Assembly: GCA_019058315.1 (NCBI GenBank)
Contig: JAHPZH010000001.1
Coordinates: forward strand, 128,001 to 192,000
DNA: 64,000 nt
Source: Candidatus Helarchaeota archaeon
Lineage (GTDB): Archaea > Asgardarchaeota > Lokiarchaeia > Helarchaeales > RDOG01
Direction of reading: 5' to 3'
Below the pieces are notes generated by a model. That model did not search any database and was not told the origin of the DNA. It was given only the letters and a program-made list of their open reading frames with translations. Positions 55,879-64,000 of the stretch are shown here, piece after piece. The position numbers were made by a program, and so were the translations under genes. Each line of letters begins with the position of its first letter. The stretch's first letter is position 1.

Positions 55879-56979
55879 TTATCCCACGGTAAATTTATCC
55901 ACTGACCCGCCAAGCGGATCTTTAATTATAACTCCTTTTTTATTAATAATATTTCCGATTAGTTTCCCCTCAATTTTATGTTTATCACAAATTTTCTGCA
56001 TTATTTCTAAATTATCTTTAGAAGTTACAATACAAAAACCAATTCCCATATTAAAAGTCCTATATGCTTCAACATTAGAAATGTTGGTAATTCTTTGAAT
56101 GTCTTGAAAAATCATTGGAGGTTTTGGAAGGGATGTAAGTTCAAATCCGATTTCTTTAAAACTTAGCCTCATAAGTTTTGAGAATGCACCACCTGTAATA
56201 TGAGCTAGTCCATGCACTTCCACGTTCTTAATTATATCTAATACTACTTTTACATAGATTTTTGTAGGTCTTAAAAGTTCATCTCCTATTGAATGCCCAG
56301 TATCACAGAATTCGTCTGTGACTTTACATTTTTCTTTTTCAAAATATGTTTTTCTCGCCAAAGTTAAACCATTTGAATGGATACCATTACTTTCCAAACC
56401 AAATATTATATCATCAACTTCAATTTTTTCCCCATTGATGACTTCTTCTTTCTGGACAAACCCTAAACTTACTCCTGCTAAGTCAAATCCCTTTTCTTTA
56501 ACTGATCCTTTAATAATATCCGGAATGATTGCTGTTTCTCCTCCAATAACTGCCATATTTGCTTCTTTAGCTCCAGCGACAACTCCTTTCATTATCTCTG
56601 AAACGATTTGATCATCAATTTTTTCGACTGCTAAATAATCAAGGAGACAAATAGGTTCGGCACCTATACAGATTAAATCATTGGCATTCATAGCGACAAG
56701 ATCAATACCAACAGTATCATATTTATTCATCATTTGTGCAACTAAGACTTTTGTGCCGACTCCGTCAGCGTGTAGCGCTAAGCAAATATTTCCTACATCT
56801 ATTAAGCTAGCATAATGCCCATATTCACCAAGAACTCCTCCAAACTCTCCTTTACGAAATTTGAAAGTTTCTTTTATTAGTTCCCCAATTATATTATGTG
56901 CATCTTTCGCTTTCTTTACACTTACACCAGATTTTTCATATGTATATGAATCTTTCACAGAATCCGTCTTTAATTTCAT
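55879..56979 (-). CDS. purM: Phosphoribosylformylglycinamidine cyclo-ligase (AIR synthase)
   Basis: YEKSGV, DGVGTK, GIDLVAMNANDL, GGETA, SNGIHSNG, AHITGG, TFNMGIG. Confidence 0.96.
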   Translation of the reverse strand: MKLKTDSVKDSYTYEKSGVSVKKAKDAHNIIGELIKETFKFRKGEFGGVLGEYGHYASLIDVGNICLALHADGVGTKVLVAQMMNKYDTVGIDLVAMNANDLICIGAEPICLLDYLAVEKIDDQIVSEIMKGVVAGAKEANMAVIGGETAIIPDIIKGSVKEKGFDLAGVSLGFVQKEEVINGEKIEVDDIIFGLESNGIHSNGLTLARKTYFEKEKCKVTDEFCDTGHSIGDELLRPTKIYVKVVLDIIKNVEVHGLAHITGGAFSKLMRLSFKEIGFELTSLPKPPMIFQDIQRITNISNVEAYRTFNMGIGFCIVTSKDNLEIMQKICDKHKIEGKLIGNIINKKGVIIKDPLGGSVDKFTVG

Positions 56980-57126
56980 TTCTTGTTACCAACAAACTAT
57001 TTTTTATAGACATAATTACAAAGATAATTGAGATTTTAAAATTTTTAATAATTTTAGATTAAATTAATATTATAAAAGAGAATAATTCTGATCTGAATTA
57101 AAATCTATTTCAAATCTATTAATTGG

Positions 57127-57501
57127 TTGAATATTATGAGTAAAGAAACTAGATTAAAGCATAGAGCGAAACCAAAAAAACAAGAAATCAAAATCAGTGA
57201 AGAAGAAAAGAAGCTTTTAGAGAAAATGAAGGATTTGGATAAAGGTCCAGAAATAACTAATGAGGAAGCATCAGTCTTGGATATTTTAACAAAAAGGAAA
57301 ACAATTGACCAAATCACTCGTGAATTTAACCTCGCTCTAAAACCTTTAGGAAAACCAATCCTCTCTAAAGATCAAATCCTCAAGCTTTTAGATAGTTTGG
57401 AACAAAAGATGCTAATTAAAAAAATCGAGGCACCAATTGGCACGGTCTATGTGGATATAAAGCATCTAAGATATAAAAAATTTGGCACAGATAAGCTCTA
57501 A
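57127..57501 (+). CDS. Hypothetical protein, winged-helix-like
   Basis: EASVLDIL..KTIDQI..ILKLLDSLEQKMLIKK pattern; ATG alternative at 57136. Confidence 0.55.
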   Translation: MNIMSKETRLKHRAKPKKQEIKISEEEKKLLEKMKDLDKGPEITNEEASVLDILTKRKTIDQITREFNLALKPLGKPILSKDQILKLLDSLEQKMLIKKIEAPIGTVYVDIKHLRYKKFGTDKL

Positions 57502-57533
57502 TATTGCAATCTACTTAAAAAGCAAAAAAGAAT

Positions 57534-58064
57534 TTATTTAGAAAAATGACTAGCACAATCAACAGCTAATTTTTGAAAAGTATCTTGAACATTTAAGCCG
57601 GACTTAGCTGAAGTCATGAAATAAGTTATACCTAATTCATCAACAAGTTTTTTAATTTCTTCTTCATTAACTACAATTTGGTTAGTTAAATCTGACTTAT
57701 TACACATTAGAACAAGAGGTATCTTTTCACCCGCACCAGTTAAAATATCTGTTACCCATTTTTTAACATTATCAAAGGTTTCTTTTCGAGTTAAATCAAA
57801 AGCTATTATTCCTCCATGGGCTCCACTATAGTAAAAAGATCTAATCGATTGAAATCGATCATGTCCTCCAATATCCCAAACTGTCATTATAACTTGTGCA
57901 TCGGGCAATTCAATAACTTTAAGATTAAAATCTGCTCCAATTGTTGGTAGATATGATGTATCGAATTTGTTTTCAGAAAATCTTCGAATCAAAGAAGTCT
58001 TTCCGACTGCCGGATCCCCAATTACCACAATTTTAAAAGCTAATTTCTTCTCAATACTTGGCAT
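57534..58064 (-). CDS. Rab-like small GTPase
   Basis: GDPAVGKT, YLPTIGADF, WDIGGH, RSFYYSGA, NKSD, TSAK. Confidence 0.92.
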   Translation of the reverse strand: MPSIEKKLAFKIVVIGDPAVGKTSLIRRFSENKFDTSYLPTIGADFNLKVIELPDAQVIMTVWDIGGHDRFQSIRSFYYSGAHGGIIAFDLTRKETFDNVKKWVTDILTGAGEKIPLVLMCNKSDLTNQIVVNEEEIKKLVDELGITYFMTSAKSGLNVQDTFQKLAVDCASHFSK

Positions 58065-58202
58065 AATAAATGACTCCCTTTATTCTTTCATTTTTTAATG
58101 TTTGATATTTTTTTAAATCTTTATTCAATAATTGTACAATAGGATTATTTTCATTATTTAAATAATTTTATCTTCAATAATAATAAATTAATATATTAAA
58201 AG

Positions 58203-58472
58203 ATGAATTATATGGTTTGGAGATACGTATTTTTTATTGTTTCCGTTATAATAACTATTTTATCATTTTTCCTTTACATTTTTTTTGATTTTCCATTTTT
58301 ATTCTTTTTATTATTTTTACCTCCTTTTTACTTATTTAATCGAAATAAGAAATCACAAGTTATTTCTCCCCCTCAACTCAAATGTAAAAATTGTGGAAGG
58401 GAGATTTATCAAAAAAATTATAAATTTTGTCCCTATTGTGGCGATAAACAAGATTGGAATAATAAAGAATAG
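58203..58472 (+). CDS. Small membrane protein with C-terminal zinc ribbon
   Basis: Hydrophobic N-terminus, then CKNCG..FCPYCG. Confidence 0.75.
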   Translation: MNYMVWRYVFFIVSVIITILSFFLYIFFDFPFLFFLLFLPPFYLFNRNKKSQVISPPQLKCKNCGREIYQKNYKFCPYCGDKQDWNNKE

Positions 58473-58561
58473 AATGATTAATTAAAATTAAGATAAAGAT
58501 TAAATTTTCACATTTTCAAAAATAATTAAGAAATGGTTTTGAAAAGCGAAAGGTTATTTTT

Positions 58562-59335
58562 ATGGCTTATTTTGATGTGCATTGTCATTTAGCTATATAT
58601 CCAAATATTCAAAAAATAATTGAAAGGGCTAAAAAATTATCAATATCTATTATTGCAGTGAGTATGGACCTTTCAGATAATAAAAAAACCTTGGATTTAG
58701 CTGAAAAATATAATAATGTATTTCCAATGTTAGCCTTACATCCCTTTTCACCGATATCAAGGAGTGCTCCAAATTTAGAAGAAGCAAAACTAGTTGCTAC
58801 TATGATTGAGAAAAATCTTAATAAGCTAGCAGGTATCGGAGAAGTTGGACTAGATCATTATTTTTTAAAAGATAAGAATTCTTACGCAATTCAAAATGAA
58901 GTATTTAATTATTTTTTAGATCTTGCAGAAAAATATCAACTAGGAATTACTGTTCATGGAAAAAATGCGGAAAGGGAAGTATTTGAACAATTAAAATCGA
59001 GAAAAATTCACTCTATTAGTATCCATTGGTATTCTGGTCCACAAGATTTAATAAATGAGGGTATTAAACGAGGTTATTATTTTTCAATAACACCTGCAGT
59101 ATTGTATTCTGCTAAACACAGAATCGTTGTTGAAAAAGTCCCACTTGAACAATTATTAACCGAATCAGATGGTCCTGTTAATTATAAAATTAAAAATAAA
59201 TCGATAACAGGTGAACCAATTCATGTAGCTGATGTTGTTTCAGAAATCGCTAAAATAAAGAACCTTGAAACCGAAAAAGTCAAGCAAAAATTATATTTAA
59301 ATGCAAAAAAAATATATGAAAAATCTAACCTTTAA
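58562..59335 (+). CDS. tatD: TatD family hydrolase
   Basis: DVHCHL, LHP, GIGEVGLD, HWYSG, LLTESDGP. Confidence 0.92.
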   Translation: MAYFDVHCHLAIYPNIQKIIERAKKLSISIIAVSMDLSDNKKTLDLAEKYNNVFPMLALHPFSPISRSAPNLEEAKLVATMIEKNLNKLAGIGEVGLDHYFLKDKNSYAIQNEVFNYFLDLAEKYQLGITVHGKNAEREVFEQLKSRKIHSISIHWYSGPQDLINEGIKRGYYFSITPAVLYSAKHRIVVEKVPLEQLLTESDGPVNYKIKNKSITGEPIHVADVVSEIAKIKNLETEKVKQKLYLNAKKIYEKSNL

Positions 59336-59344
59336 ATTTTTTAA

Positions 59345-60517
59345 ATGTTAATTGATGTTTTCCTCATGCAAAATATTATTATCTGGCTTCAAATAAACAC
59401 TGCGAATTTTTTACGAGAGTGGCAGATAAGCAGTTTATTAGTTCAAGCTGCATTATTATTGGTTGGTTTTGCAATCTATTTTAAAATGGGGATCTCTGTT
59501 CCGGAAGTTCCAGATTTAAGAGTATATTATTATAAACTTTCACAATTTTTTGGAATTTTTTCATTTAGTATTGTTATAAACATTGCTGGAGTCTATTATG
59601 CATCAAATTTACAACTTTCATATATGTTAAAAACCTTATCTATTGGAATAGGACTTTTAGATATAACTATATTAATCAGAAATTTGAATAGATTGGAAAT
59701 TATCAAGCTTAATAAAAATATATTATATATATTATTAGGAATGACTGGTTTTGTTCTAATTCTTAGCTTAGCTCCTAATAATATAATTGCTCCAATAATT
59801 TCTCTCCCAATTTGGTTCTTAATTCCCTCTATCTTCTTCTATATCTCATATCGTAAAGAAGATAAACTGCGCTTCCAAAGTATTTTTCTCGCTCTAGGGT
59901 TTTTATTATTTTTTGGAGGAGTAATCGAAATTCCAAATATACTTGATTCTTTAATTCCTAATATTCGCTATTCTTCGGACTCTATTTTTTCCCTTTATTA
60001 CAATTTCTTAAGTTTTGGAATGACATATATCGGTTTAATATTAGTTTTATACTTTGGACAGGTAAATTATTTAAAAGAAACAAAATGGTTAGCAAGAATA
60101 AATTCAATTTATGTTTTGAGGAAAACTGGGGAATTTATTGTTTATAAAGAATTTAAAACTGATGATATTTCTCCAAAAATAGCTGAAAAACAAGAGCTGA
60201 TTAAGGAAATTATTGAGAGCTCAATTAAATCACAAAAATCCTTAAAATTATTACTTGGAAATCTAATTAAATTAGATAAGTCTATGAAAATAATAGAAAA
60301 AGAGGATAAAGTCTATATTTTTAAAGAGGGGATTCATGTAAATGCTCTATTAATTACAAATGAGAAGGGAGAATTCTATGAAAACAAATTACAAAGATTT
60401 GTGAGAAATTTTGAATTATATTATGATGAATTTTTATTAAATTGGACTGGAAACCTTGATCTTTTTGAAACTTCTTATGCATTAATTGATCAATATTTTC
60501 CAATAGGAGGGGAATAA
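59345..60517 (+). CDS. Multi-TM membrane protein with C-terminal longin-like domain
   Basis: About 7 TM helices, then INSIYVLRKTGEFIVYKEF..LQRFVRNFELYY..WTGNLDLF. Confidence 0.7.
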   Translation: MLIDVFLMQNIIIWLQINTANFLREWQISSLLVQAALLLVGFAIYFKMGISVPEVPDLRVYYYKLSQFFGIFSFSIVINIAGVYYASNLQLSYMLKTLSIGIGLLDITILIRNLNRLEIIKLNKNILYILLGMTGFVLILSLAPNNIIAPIISLPIWFLIPSIFFYISYRKEDKLRFQSIFLALGFLLFFGGVIEIPNILDSLIPNIRYSSDSIFSLYYNFLSFGMTYIGLILVLYFGQVNYLKETKWLARINSIYVLRKTGEFIVYKEFKTDDISPKIAEKQELIKEIIESSIKSQKSLKLLLGNLIKLDKSMKIIEKEDKVYIFKEGIHVNALLITNEKGEFYENKLQRFVRNFELYYDEFLLNWTGNLDLFETSYALIDQYFPIGGE

Positions 60518-60519
60518 GA

Positions 60520-61581
60520 ATAGAAATCTATTATTTCTTCAGGGAGATAGAATTAGCTAACATCCAAATCGCTTTTACTTTATTATTAATTTCATTCTTA
60601 AATACAATAAGAAAAGTATACAAACCAGAAGATACTTCATTAGGGATATACAATACAGGTTTAGCTAGTTTTTTTCTATGTAATGCACTAAATTTTATTT
60701 TTAGATATATCGATCTATATTATCCTTCATTTATTCATTATGAAATGTTAATATATTCTAGAATTGTAATCATGATTGGAGTAACTTCATTAATTGCAAC
60801 ATTTGAAATATCAAAAATTTTGAAATCAAAAGGTATCGTTACTATTTCATTTATTATCGTGACTATAATTAGTAATATTATTGCTCCGATGTCGATAATC
60901 ATAATGTTCATCTCAGGTATTATGCATGTAATTGCTTCTACTGTATATTTCTACTTTGCAATAAAAGAAAAAGGTCTTATTCGCTATCAAGCCTTTTTTA
61001 CTGGTTTAGGAATTTTCGCCGTATTAATAGGAGCAACACTTCGCCCTTCAGATATTAAAACAATTTTTCCTAATTTAGTTCAATTTTTTCAAGCTAATAT
61101 CATATTACCCATTGAAATTTATCCATTTTTTCTAATTTATGCTGGATTATTGTTAATGGTTATATTTCAAGTTAATTTCATCATCAAACTTCAATGGATG
61201 AAACAAATTAAAAGTCTATATTTGCTTACTCCTTCTGGAATATCTTTACTTGAAAAGCATTATGAAGACAGAACTCCCACTAAATACTCCCAAGATAAGA
61301 ATATTGATATTAGAAATATTCTTGATAAAATTGATAAAGAGAAAAAAATTGAAAAATTGGATTTAAACAATTCAAAAATATTATTGGGCTATGGTGATCG
61401 AATTATTGGCGTCTTAGTAGTAAATGAAGCCTTAATGATATTGTCCAAAAAATTAAAAAAATTTATTAAAGACTTTGAATGTTTATTTCGCGATATTTTA
61501 CCCAAATTAGAAAATGTCAATTTAGAGATATTCAAACCAGCCTATGTCCTTCTAAATCGCCAATTTTCACCCTCGAATTAA
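60520..61581 (+). CDS. Multi-TM membrane protein with C-terminal longin-like domain (paralog of the upstream gene; probable ATA start)
   Basis: Frame open from 60490; ATA at 60520 follows GGAGG (60506-60510); the extension YFFREIELANIQIAFTLLL aligns with NFLREWQISSLLVQAALLL of the upstream paralog; C-term IKSLYLLTPSGISLLEKHY..LKKFIKDFE. Confidence 0.7.
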   Translation: MEIYYFFREIELANIQIAFTLLLISFLNTIRKVYKPEDTSLGIYNTGLASFFLCNALNFIFRYIDLYYPSFIHYEMLIYSRIVIMIGVTSLIATFEISKILKSKGIVTISFIIVTIISNIIAPMSIIIMFISGIMHVIASTVYFYFAIKEKGLIRYQAFFTGLGIFAVLIGATLRPSDIKTIFPNLVQFFQANIILPIEIYPFFLIYAGLLLMVIFQVNFIIKLQWMKQIKSLYLLTPSGISLLEKHYEDRTPTKYSQDKNIDIRNILDKIDKEKKIEKLDLNNSKILLGYGDRIIGVLVVNEALMILSKKLKKFIKDFECLFRDILPKLENVNLEIFKPAYVLLNRQFSPSN

Positions 61582-61703
61582 TTAAAAATACTCAAATAAA
61601 TACAAAATTTTTATAAATTTAATTATCCATTAAAAAAAATCAAGATAAGATATAATTAATTTAAATATTTTTAATATTTTAATAAAATCTGGTTATTAAA
61701 GTC

Positions 61704-62009
61704 ATGAAAAATAATAATGAGCAAAGTGGATATCCGTTTGGAATTTATTTATGTGAATGTGGCATATTATATATTTGGTATCCCGATTCTAAGAAGGATC
61801 CGAATCTAAACTTCTTTCCAGAAACCGTTAAGTGCGAATGTGGATTAGAAGTATGTATTACTGAAAAATTACGAATAAAAGATATTTGGACTGATTTAGT
61901 TCCCTCTTTTTTACAAACCTCAACTAAATATAAGTTTAAAAAACTTATGATGATAGATGAGGAACATGTGCATTTAGTATGGCAAACTGGCAAAGATTTT
62001 ATTAATTAA
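61704..62009 (+). CDS. Small Cys-rich protein (two CECG motifs, probable zinc binding)
   Basis: LCECGIL and KCECGLE. Confidence 0.6.
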   Translation: MKNNNEQSGYPFGIYLCECGILYIWYPDSKKDPNLNFFPETVKCECGLEVCITEKLRIKDIWTDLVPSFLQTSTKYKFKKLMMIDEEHVHLVWQTGKDFIN

Positions 62010-62215
62010 GGTATGATATAACAAAAATACTTTAAAGATCTCATAAATTTTCTTCTCTAAATATTAAAAATCTTATATTTGTTTATATTAAATCATTTTT
62101 CTTTTATAAAATCAAAATTTAAGACCGATAAATAATATAAAAGAATATAAATAAATTAAGTTAATTTTAAATTAAACCAAAAGAGATAGTGATATTCACT
62201 AGAGGCAGTCGATAA

Positions 62216-62743
62216 TTGATTTACAACCTTTTTATTTTAACAAAATCTGGCATAGCGATTTTTTATAAAACTTATTCGCCAGAATCTATTATTAATAATG
62301 AGGTTATGGTAGCTGCTTTTTTTTCAGCAATGTTTTCGTTTTCTAACAATCTTACAGGACGTTCTCTAGATTTATTACGTGTAGGCGAAAGACAATTCGT
62401 TATAAAAGAAACAGCTGATTTATTAATTATAGTTTTAGTCGATAATGACGATAATATGTCCGAGATTCTTGAAAAATTAGACTCTTTAGTTGATTTTTTG
62501 TATAAGAACTATAGTGTATATATTACAAAAAGAACGTTTGACGGAGATTTAGAACGTTTTGCAGGTATCGAGCTAGAAATTGATAATATAATATTAAAAA
62601 AGCCAGTTTCTAAAACAAGTAGTAGTGTTTTGGAAACTCTTGAAGAAATTAAAAGATTATTGAACACTCGTAAGAAAGGTACAAAATTAAAATTGGATAA
62701 GTTATTGGATGAAAAAATAAAAGAAGCGAAAAAACAATCTTAA
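62216..62743 (+). CDS. Longin-like domain protein
   Basis: MIYNLFILTKSGIAIFYKTY..MVAAFFSAMFSFS..FDGDLERF; TTG start. Confidence 0.75.
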   Translation: MIYNLFILTKSGIAIFYKTYSPESIINNEVMVAAFFSAMFSFSNNLTGRSLDLLRVGERQFVIKETADLLIIVLVDNDDNMSEILEKLDSLVDFLYKNYSVYITKRTFDGDLERFAGIELEIDNIILKKPVSKTSSSVLETLEEIKRLLNTRKKGTKLKLDKLLDEKIKEAKKQS

Positions 62744-62795
62744 TAATCTTGTACTACTAAAGAAATCTTGTTAAACTCTTTTTTTTTTAGATTTG

Positions 62796-63908
62796 TTAGA
62801 TAATTATTGAAATTGTAAACATCGCAATACTACAAATAACTGGATTTAATATGTTATCTGATGCTTTTATTGGTGGAGAATAAAAATCAATTAGAAATAG
62901 AACTAATGCACCAGTTAAACTAATAATTATACCTTCTAATAAATTGCCATCAGGATATTGGGGAAGTAGAACCAAATATGATAGAAGTGAAAAACCAAAG
63001 CCGGCAATAAAACCACCAATACAACCTTCCCAAGTTTTTCTAGATTTTCCTCCATGTAATTTATGCTTTCCATAACTAATTCCAATAATTGTAGCAAATG
63101 CATCTCCTAATGCGGCAATTGCTATAGTTGCCATACCTATTTTTGGTGGAAAAAATAAAACTGCAAATAAACCTCCTGCAGCTAAATAAATATGTGGTCC
63201 AAAAAAATATCGTTCTTTTTCTCGATAAATATTACTTACTGCCTTTATCGGGTAATAACGGAATTTATAAAGCCTAATGAGGTCAGAAAAAGATGCAATA
63301 AAAAAAACAATTAATATCGCGAAAACAGTTATCATCTGACCTGCATTTGGGATTATATATGGTGTTTTCATCCAGATTAATGCATGAACTATAAAGAAAA
63401 ACTGTGTATAACCATGTGTTGTTCCCATTGCAGTAGCTGATGAAAAAACTGCTATAGAAACAAAATCACCAATAAATAAATAACAGATAAGTACTGCATC
63501 AATAACTGTATGGAAAAGTTTTCGTGCAATTTCTAAATCCATGGGCGCAATTGCATCTTTATGTATTACTTTCTTTTGAGCTTCTTCGGTTATATATTTT
63601 TTTTGAATATATTCTTTAATTGCATAAACTCCAAAGAAATATATTAGAATTGGAATGAAAAGAAGAATAGTATTTGGAAAAGGAGGAGTTAACGGAAGGT
63701 TCATTGCTGCGGAAGGGTCATATGGGCTCTCCAGCATAACTAATAAACCACGTAAAAAGAAATATATTCCTATAACAATTATTACTATTGATGTAATCAC
63801 TGTTGAATAATAAGCTTCTTTATTATCAAAATTTTTTGCAGTTTTTATAAAAACTACTGAAATTATTAGTAGGATTACCCCTATTACCGCATTAGCAATT
63901 CCAAAAAT
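62796..63908 (-). CDS. CTP-dependent membrane kinase/cytidylyltransferase family (dolichol/phytol kinase-like)
   Basis: EIARKLFH, GDAFATIIG..YGK, KTWEGCIG, SDNILNP; frame is open upstream of GTG 63800 to an ATT at 63908 behind AGGTGA. Confidence 0.8.
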   Translation of the reverse strand: MFGIANAVIGVILLIISVVFIKTAKNFDNKEAYYSTVITSIVIIVIGIYFFLRGLLVMLESPYDPSAAMNLPLTPPFPNTILLFIPILIYFFGVYAIKEYIQKKYITEEAQKKVIHKDAIAPMDLEIARKLFHTVIDAVLICYLFIGDFVSIAVFSSATAMGTTHGYTQFFFIVHALIWMKTPYIIPNAGQMITVFAILIVFFIASFSDLIRLYKFRYYPIKAVSNIYREKERYFFGPHIYLAAGGLFAVLFFPPKIGMATIAIAALGDAFATIIGISYGKHKLHGGKSRKTWEGCIGGFIAGFGFSLLSYLVLLPQYPDGNLLEGIIISLTGALVLFLIDFYSPPIKASDNILNPVICSIAMFTISIII

Positions 63909-64000
63909 TTTTTTCTCACCTATAATTGAATGTATTAATAGATAGGAATAATACTTTTATTATTATCTTGGGACTTAAGAAATTGAATGAAGTTAACTGA

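Noticed and set aside
57534-57560. C-terminal Cys of the Rab-like GTPase as a prenylation signal
   Set aside because: DCASHFSK is not CaaX, CC or CxC and there is no hypervariable tail

Overview
AT-rich (roughly 30% GC by eye) chromosomal segment of an archaeon, most likely an Asgard archaeon of the Lokiarchaeia type. This is an inference from the TBP gene, Rab-like small GTPases, six longin-like domain proteins, ankyrin/TPR/LRR proteins and GGTGA/GGAGG ribosome-binding sites. Ordinary content: a cytoplasmic DMSO-reductase-family Mo enzyme with its Fe-S subunit, a sirtuin, fatty-acid/CoA metabolism genes (acyl-CoA dehydrogenase, two tandem acyl-CoA ligases, AOR plus ferredoxin, SDR, CoA transferase, thiolase), an 18 kb glycogen/alpha-glucan cluster (glgP, three GH57 enzymes, maltokinase-like, glgA, degenerate PGM/PMM, NDP-sugar pyrophosphorylase, GalT-like), tbp, purM and tatD. 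The most unusual region is 44.5-48.55 kb. A ribbon-helix-helix gene and a Zn-finger/winged-helix gene sit under an array of TGT-N3-ACA boxes spaced 21 bp apart. Next come an A-tract segment and a ~390 nt non-coding stretch that folds into many G-U-containing helices on the + strand (candidate novel structured RNA). Downstream lie a ubiquitin-like protein ending in Gly-Gly, a basic partner protein, a box C/D K-turn hairpin and two paralogous basic proteins sharing HPKxNxHHN. Also notable: an unannotated 80-codon membrane ORF beginning M-G-UGA-P-C (selenoprotein candidate), tandem longin-Rab fusions, multi-TM-longin proteins, and probable ATA/ATT start codons. No rRNA, tRNA, CRISPR array, integrase or transposase was recognised. 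All calls come from reading motifs by eye; no searches or folding programs were run.
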